DNA of 62,150 bases, filler included, from Sphacelaria rigidula (GCA_964200075.2; 5 parts of 5 records of this genome joined end to end with filler, not necessarily neighbours in it), one strand, 5' to 3'. Positions 1 through 14,829 are shown, counted from the first letter of the whole stretch. Made by a program: numbers and translations. The notes: generated by a model from the letters alone, not told the origin.

Positions 1-2452
1 GATCAGGTATACCTGGGCGAAATTTGGCCTACAAAAAGTAAGCGGTTTCTGGAGGCGAAATGTCCGTTTTCGCGTGGTCATATCTCTCGAGTAACGTGTT
101 GTTTTCCCTCTTTGTTTTCGAGGCCCCAGGTGCCAATGGCCCCCTGCGAATGGTGTGCCTGAAAAATCCGGAGCAAAAACGGTCAAAATGGCGTGTTTGG
201 TTGTTATCGCGTTTCTGGCCATTTTTTGTACCCTTCTTAGGCAAAAAACGAAAAGGTATACCTTGTCTAGGCCATTGCCCTTTTCTTTCCCCGGTTTGCC
301 TTTCTTGCCATTCATGACTTACGTGGAGGAAAGCACTGATCCGGGGTGTCGACGCGCGATTAGTCAATTGTTCTCAAATCTAACTGAGATTCCGGGAAAC
401 GACAGCGACCGTACTTGCCTGCTGTTTCTGTCGTTGGAAAGGAGGCTATAGATGTTTTTCCTTCCCTGACGGTCGTCACGTATTCGTTTCAACTTTGTGT
501 ACAGCACTTTGATCCCACCCCAATTGTGTGCAGGCCGGAACACCGCATGCAGAAGTACAATTGTTCAGGTAATCTCCAGCGCACATCACACCATGCTCGT
601 CGTAGAGTATTTAAATGCACAACAGCACAGCGACAACTACAGCATAGAAATGATGGGTGTGGAAAGCCCCTTGTTCGTTTGACGGAAGACGAAACAGCCA
701 ACGCACAACAATGTGTAGACAGCACTGCGTCCCGATAAATAACATAAGTGTCTTCATTTTCTGCAAAGACCAAGGTAGTGACAGTAAGGCAACCGACGCA
801 GTCCCAGCGGAGATCACACCGTCTTCTTCACAAAGGTCCGCACACACCGCAGCGCAGTAACAGCTACAGCACATGTCCCATGTTATAGTTCTTCCCCTCA
901 TTTCAGATGGGTCCCCAATTTTTGCCCATTGCCGAGTTTTAAACGCTCGGCCATGATGGCGCTTCGCGCGATATTGTTTTTATTCACCCTGAGTTACTTA
1001 TCTGTGGGAGGTGCGTCGCGAAATGATCAAAGACGTAACACTTTCATGAGAAGCAGAGTGGCACCATCAATGTTTCAGAAACGAGTTCCCGTTGCTATTA
1101 TAGAAACGTTTCATAAATGCCGAAATAGGGACTGTAACAGTTAGGAAACTGCTTGCCCCTTGCGAGTTTTCCTAGGACTCGAAAAATCTCCTGCACCACT
1201 TTCTTAAAAAAATGAGAGAATCTGATGGAAAACGGCTTCCCTCATCTGGTGAAAGCCGTTTCGAATGTACGAAAGGAGACATTCATGTGTAGATACCGGA
1301 GCAGCAATACACGACAAGGCATGTCAGGAGAAGTTTCAACACACAAAGAAAAATCATCACGTGGTTGTTCTCCCAGAACTTTTTCACGTAAAATGTGACT
1401 TTTCGGAAGGCGACCTCAGCCTCATTTGAGTGTTCAACCTCATTTTTGAGGATTCTTCGTTATGTTCACATGGAGAAATATGAACCAGCAACATGACTAC
1501 TGTATGAAACCAAAGTAAAATCCATAGAACAAAAGGACAAGGTACAAAGACGAGGGCGCCCGGTGGAGCACGACGATTCGCTGTGGCTTGTAACTGCCGT
1601 GCACGAGTGGTACATCGGGTTGATGCTGTGTCATGGTGTAGGTGCATCGATAGAAAATAATGCACACAACAGTGTGCTGAAGCTCAACTGTAACACGAGA
1701 CACTGCGCTGTACCATGGGATGTCAAGGGATACGAAGGCTAACGTAAGCAAAGGGAACGCAGTCGGTACTGATATAGAAAAAAATGAGGATATCGTAAGT
1801 TGCACATGGTGAACGAGGTTGCGCGGTGGTGTACGGTGGTTCACCTCGGTTGGCAATTGCTGTGCATTAATGATATCTCGATTCAGGCGTCTCAGGGCTC
1901 CTTCTTCTCGACTAAAAGCCTTTACGGGGTTGTACGGCATCGTGCAGATAGCAAAACAGGGGGGGGAAACGAGCAGTCCACTAGAACCAATTGTGCACGC
2001 GCTGTTTCGCGCGCCACAGGGCAGATGGGAGGGAAACGATGGCGACCTGCGCAGGGCCGGCCAAAGCCGTACACACTGCATTGCAAGGCAGGCATAGCGG
2101 AGCAAGCGAAATAACACCCCTTGCGTGTACAGGCGACCGCCCATGTCGCACGCGAGCACACGAAAAAGACAACAGAGCAAAAACAAAATAAATTCCGTGC
2201 GGTGCTGGCCGCACATGCCACGGGAAAGAGAAAAACTGCAACATACCCACAACGCTACACGGCCAGCGACTGGTGTACTGTACGTGTCAATTAACGAAGC
2301 ACTGAATCACGGCCAGTAGCGTAGCGAAAACATTGACAGCTCGTACTTATTCGAGCTACGCTGAAGCTGTGGCCATTGTTTGTGGCAATACACCCGCTCA
2401 ATTGTGAGGGTTCAAGCTGCACACGCATGTTTGTATAAAGAAACTTTGAAGG

Positions 2453-2503
2453 AAACAACAACATCATCATCATCATCATCAACATCCAACAACAACAGCA
2501 ACA

Positions 2504-2538
<35 letters not shown>

Positions 2539-2577
2539 AACATCAACAACAGTAATTACAACGACAGTAACAACGAT
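2453..2577. repeat. Compound trinucleotide microsatellite (AAC/CAT/GAC)n
   Basis: Directly visible runs of (aac)n, (cat)n, (gac)n. Confidence 0.95.
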
Positions 2578-3624
2578 GGTAGGGAACCAAACACAAATGC
2601 AAAATATACTCCCAAGAACAAAGCACCCACACACCAGCGTAGGCAAGGCACAAACACAGCCTAAGCGTAATATATTGCACCAGCAGAAGCCCCATTCTGT
2701 GACAGAGAGGAAATAGTGTTGGCCCCAAAATGAGGCTCACAAGTACCTCGAAATACAAGTCCTGGTCATAGGCAAAACCAGCGGCTCGAGTCGTGTTGTG
2801 CTCTCTTCAAAACTGGCCGTACAGTGCATGCATACAAAGCCCAAGTTGTTCCCAGGCGATGGGAGGAACCACGTATACTGTACAATGCACACGAGCAAGC
2901 CTTTACCCACATCCAAGGCTCACCAGTAGCTCGCCCATAGGAGCAAAATAGGTTGTCCAAAGGTCAGTCTAAACCAGGGTGAGTGAGGGTGAGGGTCAAG
3001 GAGGCTACGCGTCAACTCATCGGGACGATAAACCTCACATGTATGGTCATCTCACACCTAAAACCAGAAATGGGACCGAAACTGAACGATAATATGCCCA
3101 AAACAAGGAACAAAATGAAAGTCCGTTGTAGCCCCTGACCAGCAGATCAGGCTCTTCGAGCACCGTTTGATGCTCTACGGAACGACGGCATCTTATCATA
3201 AGAAAAATCTAAAATGAGGCTCTTGCACCGTGAGCAGACGGAATCAGCCATGGGTAATATTCAAACTCCGTTACTCTCCAAGCATATCTTGAGATAACGT
3301 CCGTTCAGTAGAAGTACTAGAACTCGTCTGGGTCCCTCCTTCCAAATACCATAACACGAAAACTCATTTTTACTTCTCTGCAAATATCTGAGGGCAGATT
3401 TCATGTGGAGTATAGGCAACATATTAATTTTGAAGTTCTGCGACTTGGAAATACTACAATGCTTGTAGGGCAACGGCAGCGCTCGTCGGGTAGCATAACA
3501 GCCCAGCACACTCTCTCGAGACCGGGACCGCCAGAATAGCATGGAAGATGAAAACACCACATTCCAGAATACTGACAGGCGCGCGAACCAGTCCAATAGC
3601 AGCTATGTGTCGCTCAAGCAGTCT

Positions 3625-3651
3625 ACACACACACACTCACACACACGCACG

Positions 3652-3689
<38 letters not shown>
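3625..3689. repeat. (CA)n microsatellite, about 70 bp downstream of the SDR stop codon
   Basis: Directly visible (ac)n run with a few interruptions. Confidence 0.95.
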
Positions 3690-3690
<1 letters not shown>

Positions 3691-3756
3691 CGGTGATCAA
3701 GAAACTCAAAGTGTCGTCCACGATCAGATATCGTGCGAACATACACCGCTGCACTC

Positions 3757-6700
3757 CTACACCAATGCTGCTCCAGCATCGACGGCGTAAATGGAACCGG
3801 TGATGACCGCAGCATCATCACTGGCCAGAAACGCCACCAAGGGAGCCACCTGGGATAATGGGGGAATTTCAAAAGTAGCAACTGTGGTCATGGGATTGTT
3901 TCTGTCCAACTTGGTAGACGTGTATCACAGGCGAAATAACGCTTTCTTGACCAGTAATCTTTACTCCAGGTTTACGTCTTACACGGTTTTTCAATGTGTC
4001 ATGGGCTTCTTGAAAACTATGCTTCTTATTTCACTGTTTTCAAGTGCTCATTTTCTCCCGCAAGGCTTACATATCCCCGTGCTTCGCTCGATGTCTCGCG
4101 GTAAGTATGAACAAGAGGGCTTGCTGGCGAGGAACGATCCAGCTTCCTTCAAAGGTTCATACTGAGAGTAGTTCGAATACACCTCGTATGTCCCATCAAG
4201 CTATCCAATGGCACAGGATGTGTGTGATCTAATCGATAGGCGGTATGTTTTAGACGAATATTTATAATGCCAGCTGTCTGGGAGTCATTAGATAGGTTTT
4301 GGTTTACCTCGCACACAAATAACATCAGGGCTTCGTGAAACCGAGCCAACAAGGTGGAGGAAAGCAAGGCAGACCAGCCTCCCACAAAGCTCGTGTTTGA
4401 GTCGCATCCTGGGAAAACAGCGAAGCAGGTCGACGTCTCTGTGGGAACCGTCTTATCTCACTACATTACGGGATCCCATTACGGGCGTCGATTCGCCAGT
4501 GTTGTCGGTACGCAATCCATCAGGAGCTGCGCTTTCCTCGATGAAATATCCCATTGTTCATAGCTGAAACCTCCTTCGGAACGGTTTTCAAGTATCCATC
4601 GACGGTACGAATACCTTGTACCTGATCTGCTGTGATGATCTTTTTGGTGAGGTGTGCGTCGCGGCAGATCTGCTCCAAACGTTCCTTCCCCAGTGGTTGC
4701 GTCAGTCCAGTCTTGACGACACCGGGAGCAATGCCATTGACTCGGACATTCATTGGTGCACCCTCCACGGCGCCATATTTCACCTGCATCGAAAACCCAT
4801 TTTGGACTGAGGTCATCGTGTGTGAAACTACGGGGCCACAACGTCGCGTTGATCTCTTGGGAGATTTTGCGCACCGTGCACCCTGATATGGCAAAGCTAA
4901 CACCACGTTTTTGCTCTGAAAAGCTTGACCCTCCTGACAATATGGTGATGTAAGCCGTCCGATGAGTGGTGCGACGTGAAATTTCGTTGCCGGCGATTTC
5001 AAGGTGAGGCATTAGATAGGCAGCATTCACGTCGCAGTTGCAAGCACATTGTTCATTCATAGAACGAGACTTTTGCGATATGCACGAACAAGCACGTCAG
5101 TGAGCTACTGATAGTGATGTTTATAAGAATGAAACTCAAAATATTCCGAACGTTGGCTCAAGTCACCCAGTCACCACCGCGATCGAGTGACGAACCGCTG
5201 CACCAGTCAGTAACAACGGAGAGTAAGGTCTAAGACCCATCTCAGCATTAGATTGGGACTGCCATCATGCGCCGGCCGACCCCTCTCGGGTAAGTGTTAA
5301 TAACTACAACTTCACCGATGAACAATTGATGTGGCTTCAACCGTGTGTAATAAAGAAATCAACAGTAGATGTTGGAGTCTTCGTACTAGACCCTCTCCAC
5401 GCAGACATTTTCCGAGATTCGGGTGGTCGAAGTCCTTCCGACCGTGCGGGTGTGCGACACGGATTTTTATTAGATATGTCCAAGTTGTCCGCCACGAACA
5501 CTCAGCAACTAGCTTCGAGTATGACAGAGTTTCGTGAAAAATCGCAAGACCTTGAAAAGGGTTGAGCGTAACAATAATTTTGCCGCATCACCGATATTCC
5601 CCCGCTTACAGTCTACATGCCAAGTACGAGCACCTATTGCCTCTCCGTTGCGCTACCGTCAACCCCCAGCCGCGTACCGATGTGTATTACTGTTCAGAAC
5701 CGATCCACGCTCGTGTTTCGTCCACTATAGCTTAGAAGAAACTTCAGCGCTGTTTCATGATTTGCTTAGGCCCTGGTTAGTGATACAAGGCCAGCACGCG
5801 GGGGGCGACTTGCTACGCCCGCACGCACGGGTCCCTTTCCTCGCTCGCTTGAAACTATTTCTTCATGGCGATGGCGTTAGCGGTGATCGGAAAACGAGTT
5901 CGTCTGTGCAGTGCGCAATAACACAACACCGACACGGTGAGACAGCAACACTACCAAGAAGGCGAGTGCTGTCTTTTGGCTCGCCCCTGACCTTTTGCTC
6001 TGGTGGAACAAAGCGCCGGGGACACTACCCCCCAATATTCTACTGGCAGTGAGGCGAACAATTTTGGCTTGTCACGATGTTGCCTGCCTATCGCCGGTGT
6101 GTCTTGCCACTGTTTTTCGTTCTTCACGGCGTTTTTCTTAGACCTCATCAAGAGCAAGAAAGACCCTTGGACTATGACCGTGCGGAGAGCCGTTTATCTC
6201 ACCATCATGCTGGCTGCAGCCTTCGCACTCGAGTACAGATGAAATGATGGGTTGACTTTGTTTGCCGCAACGGAAGAGGTGACAATCACGGATCCCTTGT
6301 CTCCCGTCTTGGACATTGCAGGGAGCTGTTGGTTCGGTGGGCAGAAACAGAGAGTAACGAGCGATTGATGCATACACTACAAAGTAGGTGCGCAGTAAAT
6401 GTATTCGGGTTGCTGGCTCAATCAACAGTAGTGCGTACATACGAAAATTTCGAAATAACACGTACCCCCAAAAGGAAATGGAACAGCCTAAATGGATATG
6501 GATGCCAGGCAGACGACCTTGAAGACGACGAATGCATGAGATTGAGGAAGTACGTCCAAACAGCGAACACCCCCGAAGGCGACTATGTATATATCACATC
6601 GGCGGCATTGTTCTCGAATTCCTTCTCAACGTATAACATTGAGTTACTTGAGGATACATATGATGGGAATTAGATACCTTTTATCATGGAGGGGGGGAGG

Positions 6701-9472
6701 GGGGGGGGGTGCATTTCACTTTGTTTTTGGCCTCAGAATCGAAAACAAATTGCACATGCATTGGACACCCCGCTGCACCTGACTGACAGGTATCCAGGCC
6801 CGGTGTCCAAGTTGGTAGACTCCGAGGTTTCGGAAGTGGTAACTTCGACAAATATCCAATCGGGAGTACAAAAGTAGGGGAAAATGGGGAACAGGTACAC
6901 AAATATACGGGCGATGCGTTACTTTTGTATTTGCAGTTGGAGTTGTGTCAAGGGGCCATCTTCGAAACTTCGGGGCCCAACGAATCGGTCAAGTGTGCCA
7001 AACAACTCTTGAGTGACGTCATGCGTAGTATCCACGACATATGGTGGCAGTATTTCCTGCTACAGAGCCAAAAACGATGCCTTATGTCGCAACATGAAAA
7101 ATATCTCAACAAGAAGAACATGGTACCCGTGAGACGTGCCCTTCTAGCTCTGAAGACGCCAACGTACTGATGGGAGATATCGTGCGTGGACAAGACGGGG
7201 AGTTGTTGATTGTCATCTCCAACATATGACGAGAAGAGCACGAAAAATGAACGCGCGGATACCGATCACGACGATCCATAACTGGAAGATGATATTTGTT
7301 ACCACAGCTGAAGCGACAAATGTTGGACATTCAATCTGAAAATCAACCTGCCAATCCGTCCACATGCCGTGGACAGCATCTTACTCAGCAATGAGAACTT
7401 CGAGGACTTGTTTTTGGCACACTTTCAACCTCTTCCCTTCCGCGGGACGAATCCATGGTCTCAAGGGATCACCTTGTCTCTGCCCCGGTACGGGCATTGC
7501 AACTTTTTATTCGCCGTTCCTCATCGCGTCGACTGTTGTCTGACCTCTCTCGTTGTCACCCACGTTCTCACCATTCCACCGACGGAAATCAGACATGTCC
7601 TAGAAGAGAATCCCCCAAATGCATGTGCCTGAAATCCAAGCCGCACTTTCCCACCTAATGGCTTCAATTGATTTCATTAGACCACCACCACCGAGGCGCG
7701 GCGACTGATGTTGCTCAGTCAAAAATTGATGGGACATAGTATCTCAAGGGCTGTTCTCGTAGAAGGATTAATCGTGCCCACCTGATGCTTGAGCCCGAAG
7801 GCCACGCCCTTGACATGCACGCCAAAGGTGGCATCGAATTGCTCTTCGGTGACATCCACGACAGACGTTGGTACATAGTTACCGGCGTTGATGAAGGACA
7901 CGTGCAGTCCTCCAAACGTGGACACTGCGGTCTCGACGATCTTCTTGTTGTCTTCTTCCTGCCGGTATCACACGACATGGAGGAAGAAAAAGTGTTGACA
8001 CAGAAATGAGCCTACTTGTCGCGAGGTGGAATCAGAGCATGGTCATACATGAAGCACGATAACTTGCACGAACTTCAATGTGTCGGAGGATGGACGGTGC
8101 ATAACATAAATAAATAGTGATACACAAAAAGTTACCTGACATTTCGTACGAGCCATAGATTCACTTTTTGTTACATACTTTTTCATGCGTGAATTTCGGG
8201 GCGCATCATGCATTGCGTACTTCGGCATGATTCCCACTTTACTGCTCCGTGTATTCTAGCAGGCATTCAAGTAATATTAGCAGTGATTCAAGTATAAGTG
8301 GCGCAGAACCTAACCCTGTGAGTACACTCATATGAGCAGCCAATCTTCGAAATTGACGATGAAGCTCTTTATTGAGGATGGAAACCCGGAGGAATAAAAT
8401 CTTCGCATCCACACCAAACCTTCAAAATATTGTTCGTTTCCTTCACATACTGGTAGCTATTGATAACTTCTACACGCCCTACAAATTTGGATTTTCGATG
8501 CCCAAAATGTTGGGGTCCGAGGCGAAAAACAATTCGGGGGAATTCCGGCGATCCGATCGGATCACGTAAATCCCCCAAAAGTTGGTCGAGGACCCCAACA
8601 TTTCGTTTATCGAAATCCAAATTTGTGGGGCGTGAAGCAGTTGTCAATAGCTACCAGTATGTGAAAGAATGGAACCATATTTCGAGGGTTGGGTATGGAT
8701 ACGAAGATTTTAATCCTTCGGGTTCTCATCCTCAATGAACAGCTCCATCCTCAATTTCGATGATCGGCTGTTTATGGACACCTGAGTTTGACTAATCGTT
8801 TTTCATGCGAAGATAGCACAGATCTTTTACATGGACGCACCTGTACGATTAAAAGGTTCGTGTCGGTCTGACGTAGACACGCCACTGAGGAATCAAGGTA
8901 CAGACAGTCAACGGTATATAACAGGTGAGCAAAATAGGCAGTAATACGTGTAGATTGCCTGACAATTTCTGTCAACTGTACTTTCACAAGGTAGCCGAAT
9001 GGGGTTCGATCTTATCCTTTTCAAACATCGAACTGGAGCAACATACATCGTAGGAGCATATGAGATCCACCATACCAGATTTCATCTACCGGCATGACAC
9101 CTCTTCCCTCCTTTCTCTTGGAATGTTTGGTGTAGCATCGACGTAGCTCTATTGTGGCCGTTTTACATTGCACGGTCCCCTAGCACTTGAAAGTGGTGAC
9201 TCGAATCACCCGACGATACAACGATCTGTCTCTTGTGCAGGCTCTACCGGACACTGTAGCATCCAACACCGGTTCCAACATGAATGACCCCAACAAATAT
9301 CAAACGTGAATGACTTGGATTGCATGGCTCTGACCAACAGCAGCAACAGAGTCGAAGGATAAGTCACCTTGGAGACGTCGGCGACCACGGTGACAGCTTC
9401 CCCACCGGTTTTCTGCTTGATATCTTCGCATGTGGATGACAGAAGTTCCTCATTTATGTCAGCGAGGACCAC
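3757..9472 (-). CDS. Classical short-chain dehydrogenase/reductase (SDR), multi-exon; first coding exon not found
   Basis: Five exons splice in frame at GT-AG, all phase 0: 9472-9368 (VVLADINEE...ADVSK), 7958-7782 (...FGGLHVSFINAG...GLKHQ), 6325-6203 (LPAM...GSVIVTSS...YSSAK, catalytic S and YxxxK), 4783-4622 (...VRVNGIAPGVVKT...), 3849-3757 (VAPLVAFLASDDAAVITGSIYAVDAGAALV*). 219 aa with no stops. The TGxxxGxG exon is missing. Confidence 0.92.
8335..8772. mobile_element. Fold-back MITE (about 438 bp, near-fully palindromic) in an SDR intron
   Basis: Arms (a)gcagccaatcttcgaaattga... and ...tcaatttcgatgatcggctgtt are inverted over about 200 bp; 4-bp TSD TATG at 8331-8334 and 8773-8776; related ends at 37187-37258 and 37432-37504. 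Confidence 0.9.
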
Positions 9473-12249
9473 CTGATGGAATCACGGCATCGCGAAACTC
9501 GTCGAGATCAATCATATACTTGTGATTGTCCAAGTCTGAAGTGATCCGCTATGAGCAAACCCAATGGCAGCGTCTTCACTGTGAAGCTACTTTTTTAGTA
9601 GACACTACCGAGAGAGTTTCAGCCCAAGAAGGAGCTTCAGCCTCGAAACAGCGCTTTCTCTAACCCATGACATTTTGTGACCAGAGACTTGTTGTATGAC
9701 TCAACCGCCACTTTGATCGCGTGGATACTTCCTCAGCGGCTTTGACCAGCACCACAGCGCTAACGGAAAGGGCTCTTTCCCTATCGGTTTTAATTTGATG
9801 AATCCAGGAGCGACACGGTATTTTTGGCTTAACGCTGTGGGCGTGCAGTGTTGGATATAGCCGGTAAAGAAGTCTCCACGCGACTGAGGGGCAACAGGTC
9901 GGAAAAACATCATTGGTCATAATTATTAAGGCCTCACGATAAACATTGCTATTTTCATGCTGGGGAAAACTCCATCTGCCGTTGAACCTTATTTTTGGGT
10001 TGAAGCTTATTGAAAAAACAAAAAACATATTTACCCGTGGAATTCAGGCGTGGTCTCGGATACATGAAGGAGCTAGCCGGCTGAATCATCACGGCACGCG
10101 CTACTCTACGCCAAAACGCAGAAGAAGCCCGCGCACAAATACCACATGTACGCATCGCCTACTTCAACACAGCCAGATGCACTTCTATTCTTCACTACAC
10201 GATCGTTTTTCATGCACGCAAAAACGCACCTGTTGCGAGGATGTGAATAAGAAGTTACATCACAGGAAAGACATACGAGATACAGCATTTCATGGTAAAG
10301 CGATCTTGTTCTTAATTGCGTAGAAAGCCTCTTGGTCCCTCGGAAAGCTGCAGCGCCGCAGCGGGAAAATGACTAAGCTTTTCAGAATCGACTTTGCATT
10401 GACGAGCCAACCTCTGTCCACACGACCCCTTCAAGTATCCCAACTCGAGGGAAGCGCAATGCGATATGGGTAAGACGAGGGTATGGGCGGGTATGGGTTA
10501 AAAATACCGTCAAATAGCTAGTGTAGCGTTGAGATTCACAAAGTGTGATGCCCCGATTCTCGTTTCGCGGCCACGGCCATTCTTGAAATTTCTCCGCGGT
10601 TTGATCTAATCAAGAGTTTCGGAAACAAAACGTATTGCTTCAGAATCGGGACGCAAGAACTCGGGGACTGAAGCCTTCAAAATCTTTAGGATGGGATGTG
10701 AAAACCTCAGGACGGAAGCTGCCGTGACGTGGCTTGACGTTACTTCATTGCTCGCAGTAATTGACCACAGGTTGCCCCACATGTGTGCGATCAATCATCC
10801 AGATTCGAACATGCATTCGTCCGCACAGCACTTGATAGTAGAGAGTCTCTGGTACAGACAGTACTACAAAAAGAAAGTACAAAGCCTCATGGTAACGATT
10901 TTGCACCACACCACCCTTGACGGTGGTGCAAGACGCCATAATCTCTAACTAAATGGCAGCGCAGCACCGCTACTGTGCGGTAGACTACGAATCGTTCACA
11001 CCGCCTTCTTCAGACTCGATGAGGCTGGCTGTAGTATGGAGCTGTGCCCGACGTCTTGTGCGCACCGAGCATTTAAATTTACCTTCACAAAAACAAGCGA
11101 ATGCTGATACCATGACAGCGACAGGGAGGTCTCCTGTCTGTGATGCCAAGCGTTGCTACTTCGTGACTGGTCCATCGTGATAGAAATGGCAGTCGTGATA
11201 GATGTCCCGCTTTGCTTGCTAGGGTATATTGAGTGTGAACCGGCTGCGACGGAGACGGTGTCAATGTTCGTGATTCCTCTTCGTGCCATCCTAAGCTCTG
11301 AAGGCGCACGTCAGACTACAGCATGGAGGGCTCAAAATACGGCTTCGGTCCTTGATGATCGGTGGAGAACTTTTCTTCAGGATGGATTCTGTGCCGTTAC
11401 TGGCCTTTTCCCCTCCATCCTGATCCGGAAGTGCGCGAAAACTATTTTCTATACTCTCTAATACTGAATGTATCTCATGTTCATGGCAGAATCGAATAAA
11501 GATGACTGCACGTGCATGACGGTCTATGCGGTCACGTACTCTATCGCACTGTATATTGCGGACGACCCGGGACAGTGCGCGCAGAAAGTAACGAACACGG
11601 CGTGATCTACAACCACGAGACCGAAGGGTGTACAGCAAAGTTGAACTGTCGTGATCCTCGGGCGGGCGATATCGCATTGGTCGCGTTCCCGAGTCAAACA
11701 CTCGCCACGCTCATTGTACGAAACGTGGTAAAACAACGAACGTCTCCATGCATGCATGCTGAACACAAAAACGCTCATCTCAGCCAAAAGCAGACCGATT
11801 GATGGGTCATTTTCGTGTTGGGCTCGGAAGAACGAATTTCACGTCATTACCAAATCCTACGCAATTTTCCGTTGTACTAAATGAAGGCCTCATTTTACAT
11901 GCACAGTTTCTCCGGAAGCGTTTCGAGTTTCGAAGGCGTGCTTGGCGTCCTGTTTTCACCTGATCCTCTTTTTATGAACGTTTGGGCTTGTTTCTTGTGT
12001 CCGTAGATGAAGCAGATCAGATCCGAGGACGTAATGCGCTCTGAAAGTACTTGCATTGTAAAATAGCCCGATATCAATTACCTGATACCACCATAAAATC
12101 ACCTCCAACATTCCTTCCACCTCGCGCGGAGGAACGTTTTGATGGGGGCGAGTTGGGGAAAACTGCGTAACGCCAACAGCGATATATACTGTACCCTCCC
12201 CCCCGGATAAACACGGCGTTTCGCGCTTGGTGATTGAGTGCAAGTCTGG

Positions 12250-12356
12250 TTCGGCGCGTGTTCCGTCCCGGCTTTGTAGGGATGCGTGGTCAATGGTCTG
12301 ATGACTATGACATGCATGATCATGAGTACGACGACCTCGCCTCGCCGCCGCCCGGC
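12250..12356 (+). mobile_element. LINE-like 3'-end fragment
   Basis: gggatgcgtggtcaatggtc...atgagtac plus C-rich tail, shared with 51830-51900, 55062-55134 and 56100-56200. Confidence 0.6.
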
Positions 12357-12456
12357 NNNNNNNNNNNNNNNNNNNNNNNNNNNNNNNNNNNNNNNNNNNN
12401 TTAATTAATTAANNNNNNNNNNNNNNNNNNNNNNNNNNNNNNNNNNNNNNNNNNNN
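12357..12456. other. Assembly gap with TTAATTAATTAA stop linker
   Basis: 44 N + ttaattaattaa + 44 N. Confidence 0.99.
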
Positions 12457-14829
12457 CCCCCCCCACCCCACCCCGTCGGGCATGATCGAGATGTTGTTCG
12501 TCGCGCTGGCGCAGCCCGAGGGGGGGGGCTTAGCGCAAGACATGGGATCCGTGCGCTGCCACCTTTTTCCCTGCGGTGTACAGTAACAAGAGTGCTCACC
12601 CGACTTACTTCTCTCGATTCTTCGACGTACCGAATATGACGCGTCCAGGTTACTTCCTCCGAATACGAACTTGTCCTCGGTACTTCTACTACAAATAGTG
12701 CGCAAGTCGGGTTGCCCACTTGAACCTCATCTCGGAGTTAAACCTCAATTCGCACAATTTGCTGTTAGTTGTTCATCCCAAGCCTGCGCAATGATACCCC
12801 TTCAGCTCCGTCGTGAAACAACCGTTGTTATTGGTAGTGATGATTCTATAAAGGATGGCTGGTTGTCAACGACATACATTATTGCTTGGATGCTACGTCT
12901 ATTACTCTCGAAAATCACAGACGCACGGGAGAGTGCTTTAGGTGTCCAAAGGTTGCCGGGGCGCAATCTTTTTCATGCATTCAGGCACTTTAGCTGCGAC
13001 TGACGTACTTTCACTGGAGGCGGGAATATCCGCGTGTTACAGTCACATGCAGAAACGAGATAGGGCATGCAAACTAGGTTGGATTTATATATCATTTCAA
13101 CCCCACTGCTTCAAGTTTAAGCTCTAGGCGTTGCCGCTGGACGGAGTAACGTTGGACTCGTTCACATCTGACGCCGCTGTCGCCATAAGCTTTGATTTTT
13201 GCATTGTGATGCTTGATTCATGGAAACTCCACTTACTTCGCTAAGACCCGCTCGATGAAAAATCGTTTGTGTCTCCACAAATTGAGTTGCGATATCACCC
13301 TGGGGTTTTACGGCATGCAACCGTTTTAATTTTTGTAATGCTGTTACAATATGACTGTACAGGATGACGGTACTGACTGTTTACAGCCTGCACCATCTCC
13401 TCGGTGAAATCGTTGACTTTGTACTCAGTCTAACACTGCATGAGTAATGTGCTTTCACTGTGGGAACAAAACTGTTCCGAATCACCATCGAATATCAAAT
13501 GTCGGATTATGTATGCGGAAGTACCTCTGCCGTGTACTGTTTATTCGAGTCTAAACACTGTGGGGGCACATGAGGTAGCGATGGCAGTGTTGCCGGAGTG
13601 AAACTACTGAACGCAATATCAACCAGCAGATGGGAGTTAACGAAGTGCCTGTGGAAGAGATACACAGGAGCTATCGAGATGTTGTCGGCTACGACTAGTA
13701 CCGAGTACAGCATATACTTTTAGGAACGCGAACCATTTGCTAGGGTATCTCATGCATGACCACGGATGCAACGGTGAAAAAATGTCATTTTTACTCTTTA
13801 CTTAGCAAATTCACAAAACTGCTTGTGAGACCGTACTGTCAAACTGGTTGTGCATACATGCTACAAGGCACAATACCATGTAAGCCGATTAGCCGTGAAT
13901 GGAAATGGCGAGGCTTGAGTGGACGAAACATGAGGTATTTACCCCCACCCCCTGGTCAGGGGGGGGAAATCGTTATTGCTCGAAATGCTCTATTATCCTG
14001 GAGAATGGATGTAACCTCTACGTGGTCCCCTCTGTTTGATCGTTTGCGCCCTTGGTAGATATCTTCAAAGAGTATATGCGAGCAATGCATGCGTAAAACA
14101 AATGGAGAGTTACGTGAAGTTGTTTCGATTCTAAGAGATCAAACCCAATCATGTACTTCCAGCTTACATTTCGACTGTGAATACGTGGGTGGGTGTTTCC
14201 AGCTGCACTGTTGAACACACCATTATTTATTATTTGATTAATATTACCCGCAGCGGTGGGTCACAGGTCTGCATGAAGCCTGCAACAGTTGCTCGTCGAC
14301 AATTATTGTTGGTGCCCGCCTGCCAATTTCTATGTAGCTACTTATGAGTGTGATAATCAACCCAGATCCACAACGATTGAGCGGCTATATGTGAAGTTGC
14401 ATGCTAATGTGTTTGCATGAGACAGTCAGACGAATGCTCCGTCAGTTCTCGTTGATTGTCAATACTCGTGCACGCTCTGACAGTCCATTCGAAGATGACC
14501 GTCTACCTGTGCGCGCTATGACTGTCCTGGGGCAGGCCTACAATCTTCTGGCCTTGAGAGTCCAGGGGTTCCACGCCCACAAATTTCTTTGCAGAGATTT
14601 ATACCGGAAATAATCTGATGAAAGTTGTTGGCTTGTAATGAACGACTCGTGTGTTTATCGCGGAGACTATGCATGTTGCTAACATACAAGCCGGACATCG
14701 AATGGATGAACGAGAAAGTTGTATGAATCATATCTACATATATATGCTTGCACCATACAGCGAACGAGCAGGATTTGATTGCAGACAGGAAAATTGGCGA
14801 GGACGAAGGCTCAAGATGTCAAGACCATG

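Noticed and set aside
8369-8738. Pair of similar 92-aa ORFs on opposite strands
   Set aside because: Consequence of the palindromic MITE
12401-12412. TTAATTAATTAA motif recurring four times
   Set aside because: Artificial six-frame stop linker centred in N gaps
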